NCBI GenBank assembly: GCA_043228905.1
Contig: JBHGNT010000016.1
Coordinates: forward strand, 8,928,001 to 8,992,000
Source of the DNA: Azolla caroliniana
Taxonomy: Eukaryota > Plantae > Polypodiophyta
Length of the DNA stretch: 64,000 bases
Direction of reading: 5' to 3'
Shown here: positions 24,436-36,850 of the stretch, in pieces
Position numbering within the stretch: the first letter of the stretch is position 1
How the letters are laid out: every line of letters starts with the position of its first letter
Translations under genes and position numbers: made by a program
Notes under the pieces: model-generated
The model's input: only the letters and a program-made list of their open reading frames with translations
The model's database searches: none
What the model was told of the DNA's origin: nothing

Positions 24436-26493
24436 CCGTTTTCGATCATGAAGGATTCGACTTTCCGGTACCATTGCCGTGGAGCTTGCTTCAACCCGTG
24501 CAGGCTCTTCCTCAATCGGCATACCAAGTTTTCTTTACCTTTTATTACAAATCCTTCCGGTTGCTACATATATATCTCCTCTTCGAGATCTCCGTACAGA
24601 AATGCCGTCTTGGCATCCAATTGTTCGACTTTGAGATCCATGCTGGCCGCAATGCTCAACATGGTTCGGATGGATGTCATCTTCACTACCAGGACAAATA
24701 TTTCGTTGAAATCCACACCCTTCTTCTGTTGAAACCCTTTTACGACAATTTGTGCTTTGTATCTGGGTGGATTTCGGCCATCTCCTGGTTTCAACTTGTA
24801 TACCCACTTATTTCAGAATGCATTCTTCCCCTTCGGAAACTTGCTTAGTTCGTATGTGTGGTTCTCATGCAAGGAATCCATCTCCTCTTGCATGGCACGT
24901 AACCACTCTCGGTTGTGGGTATCTTTCTTAGCTTCTTTGTAGCTTTCCGGCTCCCCCTCATCGGTTAACAGCACGTGTTCTTCATCCAAAAATCTTGAGG
25001 GGGATCTTCGCTCTCTAAGGGGGTATCTTCGGCCTACGTTCGGTACAATTAGTCCGTCCTCAACCTCTTTGTCCGAGTTGATTTTGGTTCCTCGTTTGGC
25101 CGACTCCCCTTGATCATCAGTCGTTTCTTGATTTTGCCGAGTATTAGATCGATCGATTGGTACGTGTTCGATTTCGATCGAACCATCTTCTACATGATCC
25201 AGAGCATCGACTCGGCTCGATTCAGTGGTTGGAGACTTTTTCTTGTTCTCCCAATCAATCATTGTCTTCTTTTCCATGAAGACAATGTCTTGGCTTCTAA
25301 TCACCTTCTTCTCAGCTATGTACCATAGCCGATAGCCGAACTCATCATCGCCGTAACCGAGAAATATGCACGGGTGCGATTTCGGGTCTAATTTCCCTGT
25401 CTGGTTCTTTGCCACATCCACAAAAGCAAGACAACCGAACACCCTCAAATGTCAGTACGACATGTCTTTGCTGGTCCACACCCGTTGTGGAATATCACCG
25501 TCCAAGAGTAGTGAGGGTGATCGATTTATCACATATGCTGCTGTCATTAGCGCCTCAACCCATAACGTTTTCGGTAATTTCGCATGTGCAAGCATGCTTC
25601 AGACTCTCTCCATTATGGTCCGATTCATTCTCTCGGCCAACCCATTCAACTCTGGCGTTTTTGGCACGGTATACTCAAGCCGGATTCCTTCTTTTCGGCA
25701 AATATTCTTTGAACGGTCCGCGGTACTCTCCGCCATTGTCCGCTCGGACTGCCTTCAACTTACGACCGGTTTCTCTCTCGGCCCTCGCTTGGAACTCTTT
25801 GAAGACGGATAACACTTGATCCTTCGTCTTCAACACAGAAGCCCACAATTTCTGGCTATAGTCTTCTATAAAGTTCACGATATTGTGAACCACTATGCAA
25901 CTTCGAGTCCACGTAGCATACATCCGTATGCACGAGTTCCAACGGTATCTTCTTCCTCATTGGGGGCCAAGCAATCTGTGCATTTCTCAAGTTGCACATT
26001 CTTCACTTCCGGAATGAGGTTGTCCTTGGCAAGCTTTCGCATCCCCATTTGGCTCCTATGCCACAGTTCACCGACTGTTTCAGATGCCACATTCAACTTC
26101 CCCACGGCATAATCGTGCATTCATTACGTACAATGTGTTGGTTTTCCGTGCTCGAGCCACGATTAGGCTCCCCTTGTAGAACTTCATGATACCATTCCGG
26201 ATGCTACCCATGTAGCCTTCATCATCCAGTTGACCGGCTGATATCAGGTTCAAACGAACCTCCGGAACGTGTCGAACATCTCTCTGCACGAGTCTGCAAC
26301 CAGTTGAGGTCACCAAACACATGTCTCCAATGCCGACAATTTGGCATGCTTCTTCATTTCCCATCTTTACGGATCTGAGATCATCGGCCCTGTATGATGA
26401 GAAGCATTTCCGGTCAGGGGTTAGGTGAAGTGACACACCCGAATCGACCACCCATGTCGATTCATCGCTAAAAAGGTTGTTATCCTTTAGGCT
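24436..26493 (-). mobile_element. Copia-C fragment (Tnt1/Tork-like protease, integrase, RT N-term)
   Basis: TWVVDSG (PR), RADNGGEY and NGLAERMN (INT), KLDPKS..CIFLGYG, YKA.IVVKGFQQKKGVDF (RT); multiple frameshifts. Confidence 0.85.
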
Positions 26494-26605
26494 GGACAAG
26501 CCCTAACACAGGGTGTCCCTATGGAACACTTCACCAAAGGGTGGTACGGTGAGATATGGATGGACCGTGGTATCAAATGGGTCTTAATCGGTTATTAATC
26601 GGCAT
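26494..26605 (-). mobile_element. Remnant of an Athila-like LTR end, PBS and leader
   Basis: cctaacacagggtgt...acacttcaccaaagggtg matches 19599-19640 of Athila-like 2. Confidence 0.6.
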
Positions 26606-26689
26606 TGTTAATGATCGTATTAAAAAATGGGAAGGAAAGAGTGGTTGCAATGCAGCGGAAGATGAACGTATGTGTGTGTGTGTGTAATA

Positions 26690-26691
<2 letters not shown>

Positions 26692-26760
<69 letters not shown>
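26692..26760. repeat. (AG)n microsatellite (about 34 units) in the Copia-A LTR
   Basis: Directly visible. Confidence 0.95.
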
Positions 26761-26764
<4 letters not shown>

Positions 26765-27949
26765 AAAAAGTGTATATGATATTAACAAAACGAAATACAT
26801 CCAATAGTGACTAAGTTACAATGAGTTGGTTTATATACCAACTAAGCTAGGGCAAGCACCCTTTCTACTATTTACAAAACTAGCCTGGAATGTCCATGAG
26901 CTTGTGTGAAACCTATCTATGGGAAGTTGAGTTCAATTCTCAACACGCCCCTTCGAACACAACTTCCATCTGTCGGAAAGTCGTTCGGTTCATACTTCGA
27001 CTTGTCTAGTCGGTTGTGTTGCGTATTGCATAGCCTATCTGTGTTGCGTCTGCGTACTCCCCCTCAAGCTCAGCAATGTGGACGACGTGAGACCAAGATC
27101 TGATGCAAATTGCCCAAGCTTGTCGACGCCTAAGGCCTTCGTAAAGATATCAACGACTTGTAGGTGTGCGCTGATGTGTTGGAGGTCAATTTCTCCGGCC
27201 TGGACGCGCTCATGGATGAAGTGGTAGTGCACTTCGATGTGTTTAGTCCGCGCGTGAAATACGGGGCTACACGCCAGGTAGATACTACTCATGTTGTCGT
27301 AGTACAGGCATATTAGATCTTTGATGGGTACGCCCAGATCTTTTAGTATACGCTTACGCCATACAGCTTCGCATGCGGCAACTGCCGCGCCCCTGTATTC
27401 GGCTTCTGTGCTTGACAATGCGACTGTCTGTTGTTTCTTGCTGCTCCAGGAGATCACTTCGCTGCCGAGGGAGAAAACAAATCCGGCTGTGGATCGTCTA
27501 TCTGCTTTGTATCCTGCCCAGTCCGCGTCTGTGTACCCTTCAAGTCGAATGGTCGTATTCGACTCATACAAGATGCCATAATCCACTGTTGTGCTGACAT
27601 ATCGTAGTATCCTCTTAGTGCAATCGAGGTGAAGGTTTCTTGGATTCTGCATGAATTGGCTAAGTAGGCCGACTGAATAACTGAGGTCGGGTCGCGTAAT
27701 GGTTAGGTAGATTAGACTGCCGATCAGTTGACGATACTGAGTCAACTCGCTCGCGGTCGTGCCAGAACTAGCATCGATCTTGAGATTACGTTCAAGAGGG
27801 GTAGTCATAGGTTTGCACTCTATCATTCCGAACTTGTAGAGTAAGTTGAGAATGTAGTGCCGTTGTGAGATCAGGATCCCGACTGGTGTCTGAATTACTT
27901 CAATACCTAGAAAGTAATGAAGTTCATGCAGGTCCTTTAGTTCGAATCT

Positions 27950-28405
27950 TGTGAAAGAATAGTGTGCGGAAGCAATAGAAAACCGAAAACATAGAAACGC
28001 ATGTATAATGGAGAGCTTGAATATACACAGTACGCGGGAGAGAGAGCGAGAGAGAGAGAGAGAAATAGCAGAACATAAGACTCTATTCAAAATAACTCTA
28101 AAACTCTGTAATACTCTGTACATCGTATGTGTTCAGTGAACACTTTTATACAAGTCCATATGGACTGACAGAAATACGGTGTACTTCAATGCTCACACGA
28201 GCATCTGACACTAACTACAAGACCTTAACTACCTAGTAGTCTAGCTGCTACTTGGATTCCGGTTACTGCTTGATCCGGCTAACTGACTCCCCAGCTCACC
28301 GGCTCACTTGCTCACCATCTAACCGATTCGGCTCATCCTTCCGGATGGCGATCCGGCTCAACCTTCTTCAGCCGATCCGAATCCGGTTGAGCTTGCCGCT
28401 CAACA
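27950..28405 (-). repeat. Copia-B 3' LTR
   Basis: Direct repeat of 61801-62252. Confidence 0.93.
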
Positions 28406-29512
28406 CTCCCCCTCAAGCTCAACTTGAGGTTGGATCATAGTGTTAGTGTCGATGGTAGCCAGTTCTTCTACCTGGCTCCTTCTGGCGTCACTTCGCCTCG
28501 TTCGCGCTCCTCGTCCGGTCCGGTCTGGTTTGCCGCGACCCTTCTGTTGATGCGCACCTTGACCTCCTCGGTCGGCTTGTTTGCTCAACAAGCCCAATTC
28601 TGCTCCATCGCTACTGTGACTTTGGCACTTGCCGATTCGCTGATTCCTTCGTGTTGTCGTCGATTTTCGCTGCCTTCTCGTCCTCTTGGCCTTGAATGGA
28701 TCCGATTCTTCCGAATCCATCTGTTGAACCGAATCGGCTGCCTCCGAATCGTTCCAGCTCTTGTCTGAATCAGTCGCTCCCAATTCGTCTTCCGGGTCCA
28801 GGCCCTTCACCACATCAGACCATGTCAGGGACTTGGCCTTCTTCTTCCGGTCGGCTATGTCCTTGTTGACTCTGCCGCCGTTGCCGCTTGTTCCGACTTG
28901 TTCGGATGTGTCAACTTTGTTTGTCGACTCGACTCCTTTCTTCTTCTTGTTTCTCGCATTGTCGGTTTTTCCCTCACCGGCACAATCGACAATTTCTTTG
29001 CCTTTGTCCGTTCCGGTGTCATTGCCCGTTCTCCCCCTCAAGTGTGGCACGTCAAGATGCTGAACACCAAGCATTTCGGTGAAGTGTTGCAACTTGTCCG
29101 ATCCGAGCGTTTTGGTGAAGATATCGGCAACTTGCCGATCCGTATGAACATACCGAAGTTCGACTTCACCGCTCAGGACACGCTCACGCACGAAGTGGTA
29201 GTGCATTTGTGCGAGCATGGAATACAGGGTGCTTGGCGAGCTGCATGTTGCTTATGTTGTCGCAGTAGATTAGGATCGGGGTCGGCACCTCGATCCACAG
29301 GTCTTGCAGTAGTCGCCGAAGCCAAATGTCTTCACAGGTGGCAACGGTAGCGCCCCGATATTCAACCTCAATTCCCGAAAGGGCCATTGTTGGTTGCTTT
29401 TTGTTGCTCCACGCTATAGCCATGCTACCAAGGGAAAACATATAGCCGGAGTTGGATCGGCGATCCGATGCATCGCCGGCCCAGTCAGCATCGGTTTAGC
29501 CGACTAGCTCTT
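28400..29512 (-). pseudogene. Copia-B RNase H with long C-terminal extension
   Basis: G*TDADWAG, KKQPTMALS..EVEY, YCDN, HFVRERV, DIFTK; the frame stays open about 210 codons past the usual LRG end. Confidence 0.8.
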
Positions 29513-29765
29513 AACACCAAGTCATTTGAAACAAGTAATATGTCGTATTCTCTTTTGCCATAGTTGGTGAGATGTAGAAAAGTACCCTAATTTAGCATGA
29601 TTTTGAAAATGTACAATGCATGCGTACCTATTTTGCGAATGGATGGTGAAATATAGAACCAAATAAAATCCAAGCATTTGGTGAATTGTATACGTCTTGT
29701 TTTCGTGTCAATTTGTATATCCTGGAGTACAATTGAATACTAGGTTGAATATTAAACATCTTTAT

Positions 29766-30425
29766 TGACAGGGGCTACACGCTCCCGATAAACAACGCTC
29801 GGCCACAACCGAGCTTAGAATCATGAAACACAGAAAACGGATAATGAACGCATGACACAATGACGAGAAGAGTACACAGGATGTTAATGTGGAAAACCCA
29901 AACTAGGGAAAAAACCATGGCAGCCCACAGATTGCAAACTATCACTATATCAGAATGTACAAATGGTAAAGCACCGAAGCAACGACCTCGAGCTTTCTAT
30001 CTTCGCCACAGGTGGCGGTTACAACAGAGGCAACGACCTCTTCCTCACTCTCACTCTCTCTGTACACAGTTACGCGCTCTAATCTTGCGCCAACAAGAAT
30101 GACAACGATACTTACTAAGTTTTCCCTAAGTCATATTTATACTAATATGACTTTTCGGCTATTTACAAATATAGTCCCGATGGACTCTAAGAAACATATT
30201 TACGAATATGTCCCTTCATCCGGTGAGCACTCCTCACCGGGCCTGCATCATCCGGCGCTTGCCAGGCACACGTCATCCGGTTCTTACTGGGTCTTCCGTT
30301 GCCGGGTACTCGTCATCCGGTTCTCACCGGGTCTTCCGTAGCCGGTTACTCGACAGGCCTCGGCCGAGTTTGCTCATCATTGCTGTTCTTCTCACTTCCC
30401 ATCCGGAGGGACCTGTTTCCTAACA
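29766..30425 (-). repeat. Solo LTR (probably Copia)
   Basis: TG...CA ends with flanks TTTAT/TTTGT (5-bp TSD, 1 mismatch). Contains a Copia-type GGGTTTTCCACATTAA U5-like motif on the minus strand; no internal coding sequence. Confidence 0.65.
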
Positions 30426-33400
30426 TTTGTTTGGTATCCATATTCAAATTGTAGAGTAAAACTACATAAACCCTAAATGTTAATATTTGGTTTAGGGTTG
30501 AGGAGAAAAGTAGTCCCCCACTTGTTGGATGGGTATATCGATAGTTTCGTTGTATAATGTCATATAATCCATCACAATGTAATTGGTAAGAGTAACAATT
30601 ATGTACCACGTTCATTTATACTATTTGAAACTAACAGACTTGGAACGTAGCTAACTGAAAACCTTTTATTATCAAGAACATTCACAAGTTCATGTATATA
30701 ATCATGCTAGGAGAAATGAGAAAGTATAATATCATGTTAATACCCCAAACTGGAGAAGAGCATGGTGACCAATCATATGTATATACAAATTACAGTTCAA
30801 AAAATGATTAAAAAGTGAAATTATGAACGGGTGAATAAAATTAAATGGTAAACGGTTACTTTTGTTCTCATATACAAAAACAATATCAAGTCAAGGTATA
30901 CATTATGCCTCAAAAATCCTCAAAGTATACATTATGCCATCTAAATCAATCTATAAGAAAATCTGGCACACTAGGCTCTTCAGGCGTTGATTGTTCTAGA
31001 CTATTCTCGTTTGTGTCATCTCCACGCTCTCCTGAATCTGATGTATGTTCAAGGGTTTAGGGTTTAGGGTTTACATCTTCTAGGTCCACAAGCTCCCCTG
31101 CTCCTTCATCAATAGGTTCCATTGGTTCTCGTGAAGTCATTTGGAACATCTCAGTCTCATTGATGTGCTTAGCTCTGACTTCTTGATCCTGATCTAGACA
31201 GTCCCAGATTCCTGTGATCCTCATTTTGATGAAGTTAACTTGTGTAGGGTCCTTCTCCAACACAATATAGTTTCAAAACATCTTCAATGCACAAGCTGTT
31301 GTAGTACCTAATGGCCACATGAACACGAACAAGTATATATAAGAATTAAAGTCTTAAACTTGATGGACAGAAATCAAACTAAATATATTTTATATACCTG
31401 TGCTAGAGAACAAGTCTAGGACCCAATCATCTGGATTCGAGAAGAGCTCTAGGAGGCGGTTGATCAATCTTTGAGGTTTTTGATAAGGATTCACCATACT
31501 CTTATCACCTGAAACATGCCTTAATTTTTTTGTGACAGCTGGGCACATGATATAATTTACCACGTTACGCTCGTTGACATGTGCTCTAGCAATCTTCTTT
31601 GTTATTGAATCATAGTAACCCACACAAAAATGTTCGACCACACTAACCATTCGATCGCTAGGGCTACGTGTAATATTTGTTTTAATCCTATAGAGAAATA
31701 AAATCATGTTTTAGAGGTATGAATGTCAACATATAATAACAAGTATCATAATGATTAAAAACAAACTGTGACACACCAATGCATGTGTTCAGTGGCATGA
31801 CAACGTGACTTCAGAGCTGTTGTGACTGATAGTGATTGCCCCATGCTATGGAATATGATTATCCTCCACAAGGGGGCCAATGCCAGTTCGACGAAATCCT
31901 TTACCATCTTCTCGATTTGGGGGTACTTGAAAGGCACATCATCATATGTTGATCCCGCAATTCGGAATCCATATGGTATGTCGGCTATCAGCAAAGTGTA
32001 GTGCCTTCTCGGTAACAGATCGAGCATTTGTGATACTTCCCCATTAAATACACTATAATGTAATTGTTTATAAGGATCAGACCTATGCAAAAAACTCTTC
32101 ACAGTCTCTGAATCCTCAGGCAGTTCCATCTCTTTCCCTTTGGTCATTCTCTTCTCATACTTTGCACGTTCTAAGTGTGTGATAAAGGCAACTAGAATAC
32201 CATCATTATTGTCGTTGGTCTTTTTTGATTTCGATGGTTTCTGCAAGTGTCAATGTTGTTAGGAGAGAACATTAGCTTTCAATGTATTAACATTCAAATG
32301 ACACATACCCATTCTCTAAAAACAATAAAATATTCCTCTAATGCCTTGTAGGAAGAAGTTATCAGGTAGACTTGCTCCACTTCTTCCCATGTCAGTAAAC
32401 TCAAATTTTGCATCATCAACTCCTGAATCTTCATGTATACCTTGTGACTATACAATAAATATGAAATTAGAAATAAAAAATCAATAATAATAGAAGAATA
32501 TCCTAAAACATTGTATATTATAAACCCTTACTTTTGCAATTCAATAACCATCTCGTCCAAACTAAATTCCTTGGCAACAACTCGAGATAGCACCGATATT
32601 AATAGCCTATCATCTTTAATACCCTGTAATGACCTCCAAGGTAAAAGTTTCATGTCTTCTGCTAACTCCTCGATTACCAAGTCGCTTTTGCCCTTTAACT
32701 TTGATTTGATCTCAACTTGTGGATCAATCCTTCCCTTCTTTGACCTCTTTCCGCTCCCACATGCTAAATATTTTTTCCTGGAGATCCCACACCTCTCCGG
32801 TCCGAAAGGCTAGTTGAAACCAGGAATCATATTTTCGTAGCCCTTCTGATTCTGTGCTCTCATCCACTGCAATCCCCACTTCCAGTAAACACTGGCGACG
32901 CAAACTAGGCCACAACCTTGGGCCAAAATGATTTAATGCATCTAGGTACTCATGATGAAAAAATCTGATCCTTTCAATGCATGACATCTTTTGCCTATAA
33001 TCATTATCATTGTTATAGTCCCATGCTAGTAGCTTCGCCTCCTCGTGAGTGAGTCCTGCATATACTTTACATTCGGCATACTTAAAGAGGGGGGTGAGAG
33101 GGTATTCTTTCACAAGCTGTCTACGAGCTTCGGCCGAATGTGATCCTCCAATTACATAATATGTATAATCATCAGCAGAGCTATACTTGAAGTCTGCTAC
33201 TGTTGGACATTGATCTTGATTGACCATTACTAAAAATGGCACGATAGTAGCATGAGGATTAATTTTCATTTTGCTCTTCAAGTTTTGCACATGGACAACC
33301 TGCGACTCTCTAATTTCTAGGGGACGTCTTCCAGTCAAGGGATCAATTGGAGGCCTCTAGATTGAAGTAATTGGCAAATGAAACAACTTCCCCTTACGCA

Positions 33401-34257
33401 CAAGTTGTCTTAACAATATTTTCTCTTATTTGATTTTGTTCAGACGTCAATGCGTTGGAAGATAGTTGACCTCCTGGAGCCACGACGTCGACTTGGTGCT
33501 CTTCTTCTTCCTCCACGAATTCTAAAACCTCTTCATCGTCTTCGTCGGGTCGTGGTCGTTTGTTGTATTTCTTATGAACAAGATTTGTCTTTCTAGACTC
33601 TTTTGGTGGAGTTTGTGCTTCACCGCCCATCATTTCTCTTGTCACATACGGCTGTAGTGCAACTAATAAGTTGTTCATCGTTTGAATGTCTTTACGTAAT
33701 GACTTGGGGTTGCAACATTTTGCTACTAGGTTTCCCTCGTCAAGACGCAATCGTCTAGAGCCAATAGAGCTCGAGACATCGATTATAACACTCGAAAAAT
33801 CACTATCTTTATATTCTAGCTTGGTTACATCTCCATAGTTAAATGTTTTTCCAAGCTCCAATTTGCCTTTACCGTCTGACTTAGCTGTTATTAAGAGCAG
33901 CACACCATCTTCCTCGACATAAGAGAGACACCAGTCTAACTCTGGGTAATTCTTATATATTTAAGTTCAGATGTTTTCTCTTCCTGGGCCCCACCCTTGC
34001 TATTTTTGGTCGTTGCAACAGAAGACTTAGATGCTCCATCCCCCGTTGAGTCAAATAGAGTTCTTCTAGAGACATCTTTGACAAAAGAATCAGAATCTCG
34101 CTTTGTTGGAGTTTAAATCTTTAGTTTAAACGAAGGAACTTTTTGACGAGAGTCACTGAAATTAAGACAACATCCTATTTAGGTTAATTACGAACAAGAC
34201 CATATTATTTGAACAAAAACAATGGAGAAAGCAGTAAAATAAAGAACAATTAAACGC

Positions 34258-35024
34258 TATCGTAGTGTAATTCGCACACTATGTGAAAATTGCATTTTTG
34301 TCCCTCCGGATGGAACCGGCAAGGAGGAACTGGTGAGAACCGGATGAAGGATGGAATTGACAAGGAGGAACCGGTAAGGAGACCCGGTAAGAACCGGATA
34401 AAGAAGGCCGGTGAGAGTCTCTCATCGGATGAAGAGACAAATTTGTAAATAGAAGAAAACATTGTTACATGCATAGGACAGGATTCGAACCCTGTACCTC
34501 CATGTTAACGATTTTTAAGCCTTATTACTATACTAGCATATTATGAATTTTAAAGTTATACTAAACTTTATCACATGTAAATATTCTAGATATGCATGGT
34601 ACAAAAAGTTATTCATGCATACACACTCGAGTTAAAAGAAAAGATGGGATAGAAAGGTAATCATGCACATGCAGTGTGCATGAAAACTAAAGTTAGGAAA
34701 AGCATGATGCTTGCATGTGATAAACTTAGACTCTTCCAACACTATATAAGGAAGAGAGAAAGATGTATAGGGGTTGTTGATTATTTTGCAAGAATTGACC
34801 AATATAATATATTCGTGGGATTCACGAATTTTTCATCTAAATTGTGTCTTACTATCTAAATATTGATTAAATACACTAAACTCGTGGGATTCACGAGATT
34901 CATAACTTACCTCTCTTCTACCTATTCATTACTAGCCTTATCTCATATTCTTCTTTCTGCTAGTCCATAACCTCAGTGGTTCCCACCCGACTCATGCAAC
35001 GATCCGGAGCCGAAAGGCACAACA
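34258..35024 (+). repeat. Phygy-3 5' LTR
   Basis: Direct repeat of 56507-57287; the 3' copy has one more 14-bp GAACCGG unit. Confidence 0.92.
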
Positions 35025-36343
35025 CAAGTGGTTGACCCAACGTGAAGACAGGTGGCAAGGAGATGGAGACTAACAATATGATGGTGATGTTCGAGAGGAT
35101 GCTACAAGAACAACGCTCGATGTCAGAGATTGCAGTGGCAGTTGAGGGGCTCGTGCAACGGAATAGGAAATTCAGTGGGAAAGATGTGTTGCGATATTTG
35201 CGGGATTACAAGGCGAAAATGCTACGGTGTGGAATATCGGAAGGATTGCAGGTGACATCGTTTAATCGGGTGGCTACAGACGGGCTTCAGGGGAGTATCC
35301 ACGGGTTACGACAACAAAATCCGACATGGGAAGCATTTGAAGAAGCCCTAAAGACCACGTTCGCCATCGAGGACTCTTCCAAGGCAACGAGGAGAGGATT
35401 CGAAGATTGGGTGGAAACGCCGGATAAGGGGATGAAGGTGCTTGATGTGTTTTCGGCATTCGAAAGTTGGTTCGGGAGGCTGTTCGCGAGAGATCAAGCT
35501 ATCCTTGCACCGGACAAAGTGATCATGTTCCTATGAACCGTGGACGTCCGGGACCGGAAAGATCTTGGAGTGCTTCTGGAGGACACGACCACCGAGAGTG
35601 GTCTCACCGATACATGGGACAACGTGCGAGATATCGTCGCACGATATACAAAGAGGGGGCAATGGCTGACTAATGAAGAAAAGAGGGTTTCGGAACCGAT
35701 TCTGATGCCGAGATCCAGTTTGGAAGACCATCAACCACTGGCTTGGGAGACTATGACCGAGAAGGGAATCGATGCAACCACGGTGGAGCAATTGCTGAAG
35801 GAGATGAAGAATCTGAAAATCGCGATGGTGAAAAAGACGGAAGACTGTCCCACAAGTCCCAAGTTCATGGACCGTCGATGCATATGGTGTGATAGCACTG
35901 AACATGATTAGAGAGATTGCAATGAGCACTGAACATCGAAGGAGGCGTTACGACGGGATCTTATCTATTACGAGGGAAATTAGATTCATTCGATGGATTC
36001 TCGAAAGCCACTCCGACCGAACTTCCGAAAAGGCGGCATGAAGAAGGTCCTAAAGGAGGAGATCGCGGTGAAAAACAATTATGTGACAACTGTAGGAATA
36101 CGTGTGGGGGAGTCATCTGCAACAAAGGCGTCTTTTTGGCCAGAAGTGCTAGAAATTTCGAGGAAAGCCGACCATGATGAAATCCGAAGCGCCGCGGAAT
36201 GTATTCAGGAAGCTACGGGATGGGAGTGCCCTGTAGATAAGAATAGCGTACATGCGTTATGTCAATTGCATGAAGTGTATGTAGACGAGAAACGACATCG
36301 CACGGATGATGCGGCCGAACCATCGAAGACACCAGAAAGCTGG

Positions 36344-36757
36344 TGTCATGATATGGCAAGACTCGAACCCATGACCTTATGCTACATGGGTTGAGCTCTT
36401 GACCATTAGACCATGCATTGTAATACGTAGAATATTATTTTCATTTATATTTTGTTATAGAAAATCGATGTATATTCCAGATTTCTCTGGAACATTCTAG
36501 AAACTTCAGGAGTATTCCTCAAAACACTATCAAAGGAGGCACAAGGCATTATTTCGAACCAAATTGGTTCAACGCCAGTCTTAAGCCTCCTAGCTACTAT
36601 TGTACATTCTCTTCACATAATATATATCTTTTCTTATCATCTCTCTCTCTCTCTCCCTCTCACTCACTCTTTCCTTCTCTCGAGAGTTCTTCACCTCTCT
36701 TAGTACTAATACTTCTTTAGTACTAATTCCTTCTCTGTCTTAGTACTGTTCCTGACA
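36344..36757 (+). repeat. Chromovirus 5' LTR
   Basis: Direct repeat of 51783-52194; TGTCA...TGACA. Confidence 0.93.
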
Positions 36758-36850
36758 GTTTGAACCGATTTTGCTTGTTCTTCCTTTCGTATCTTCCTTT
36801 CCTCCTTTTCCTTTTATCTTCTTACTAATCCTCTTATCCTCCCTAGTAAA

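Noticed and set aside
26573-26804. ORFs with SLSLSL/THTHTH runs (also 10106-10401, 16713-16952)
   Set aside because: Translations of microsatellites within LTRs.
30946-34155. Bacterial contamination as the source of the MTase
   Set aside because: The gene has spliceosomal introns, is interrupted by a plant retrotransposon with a TSD, and sits precisely within a Copia element.
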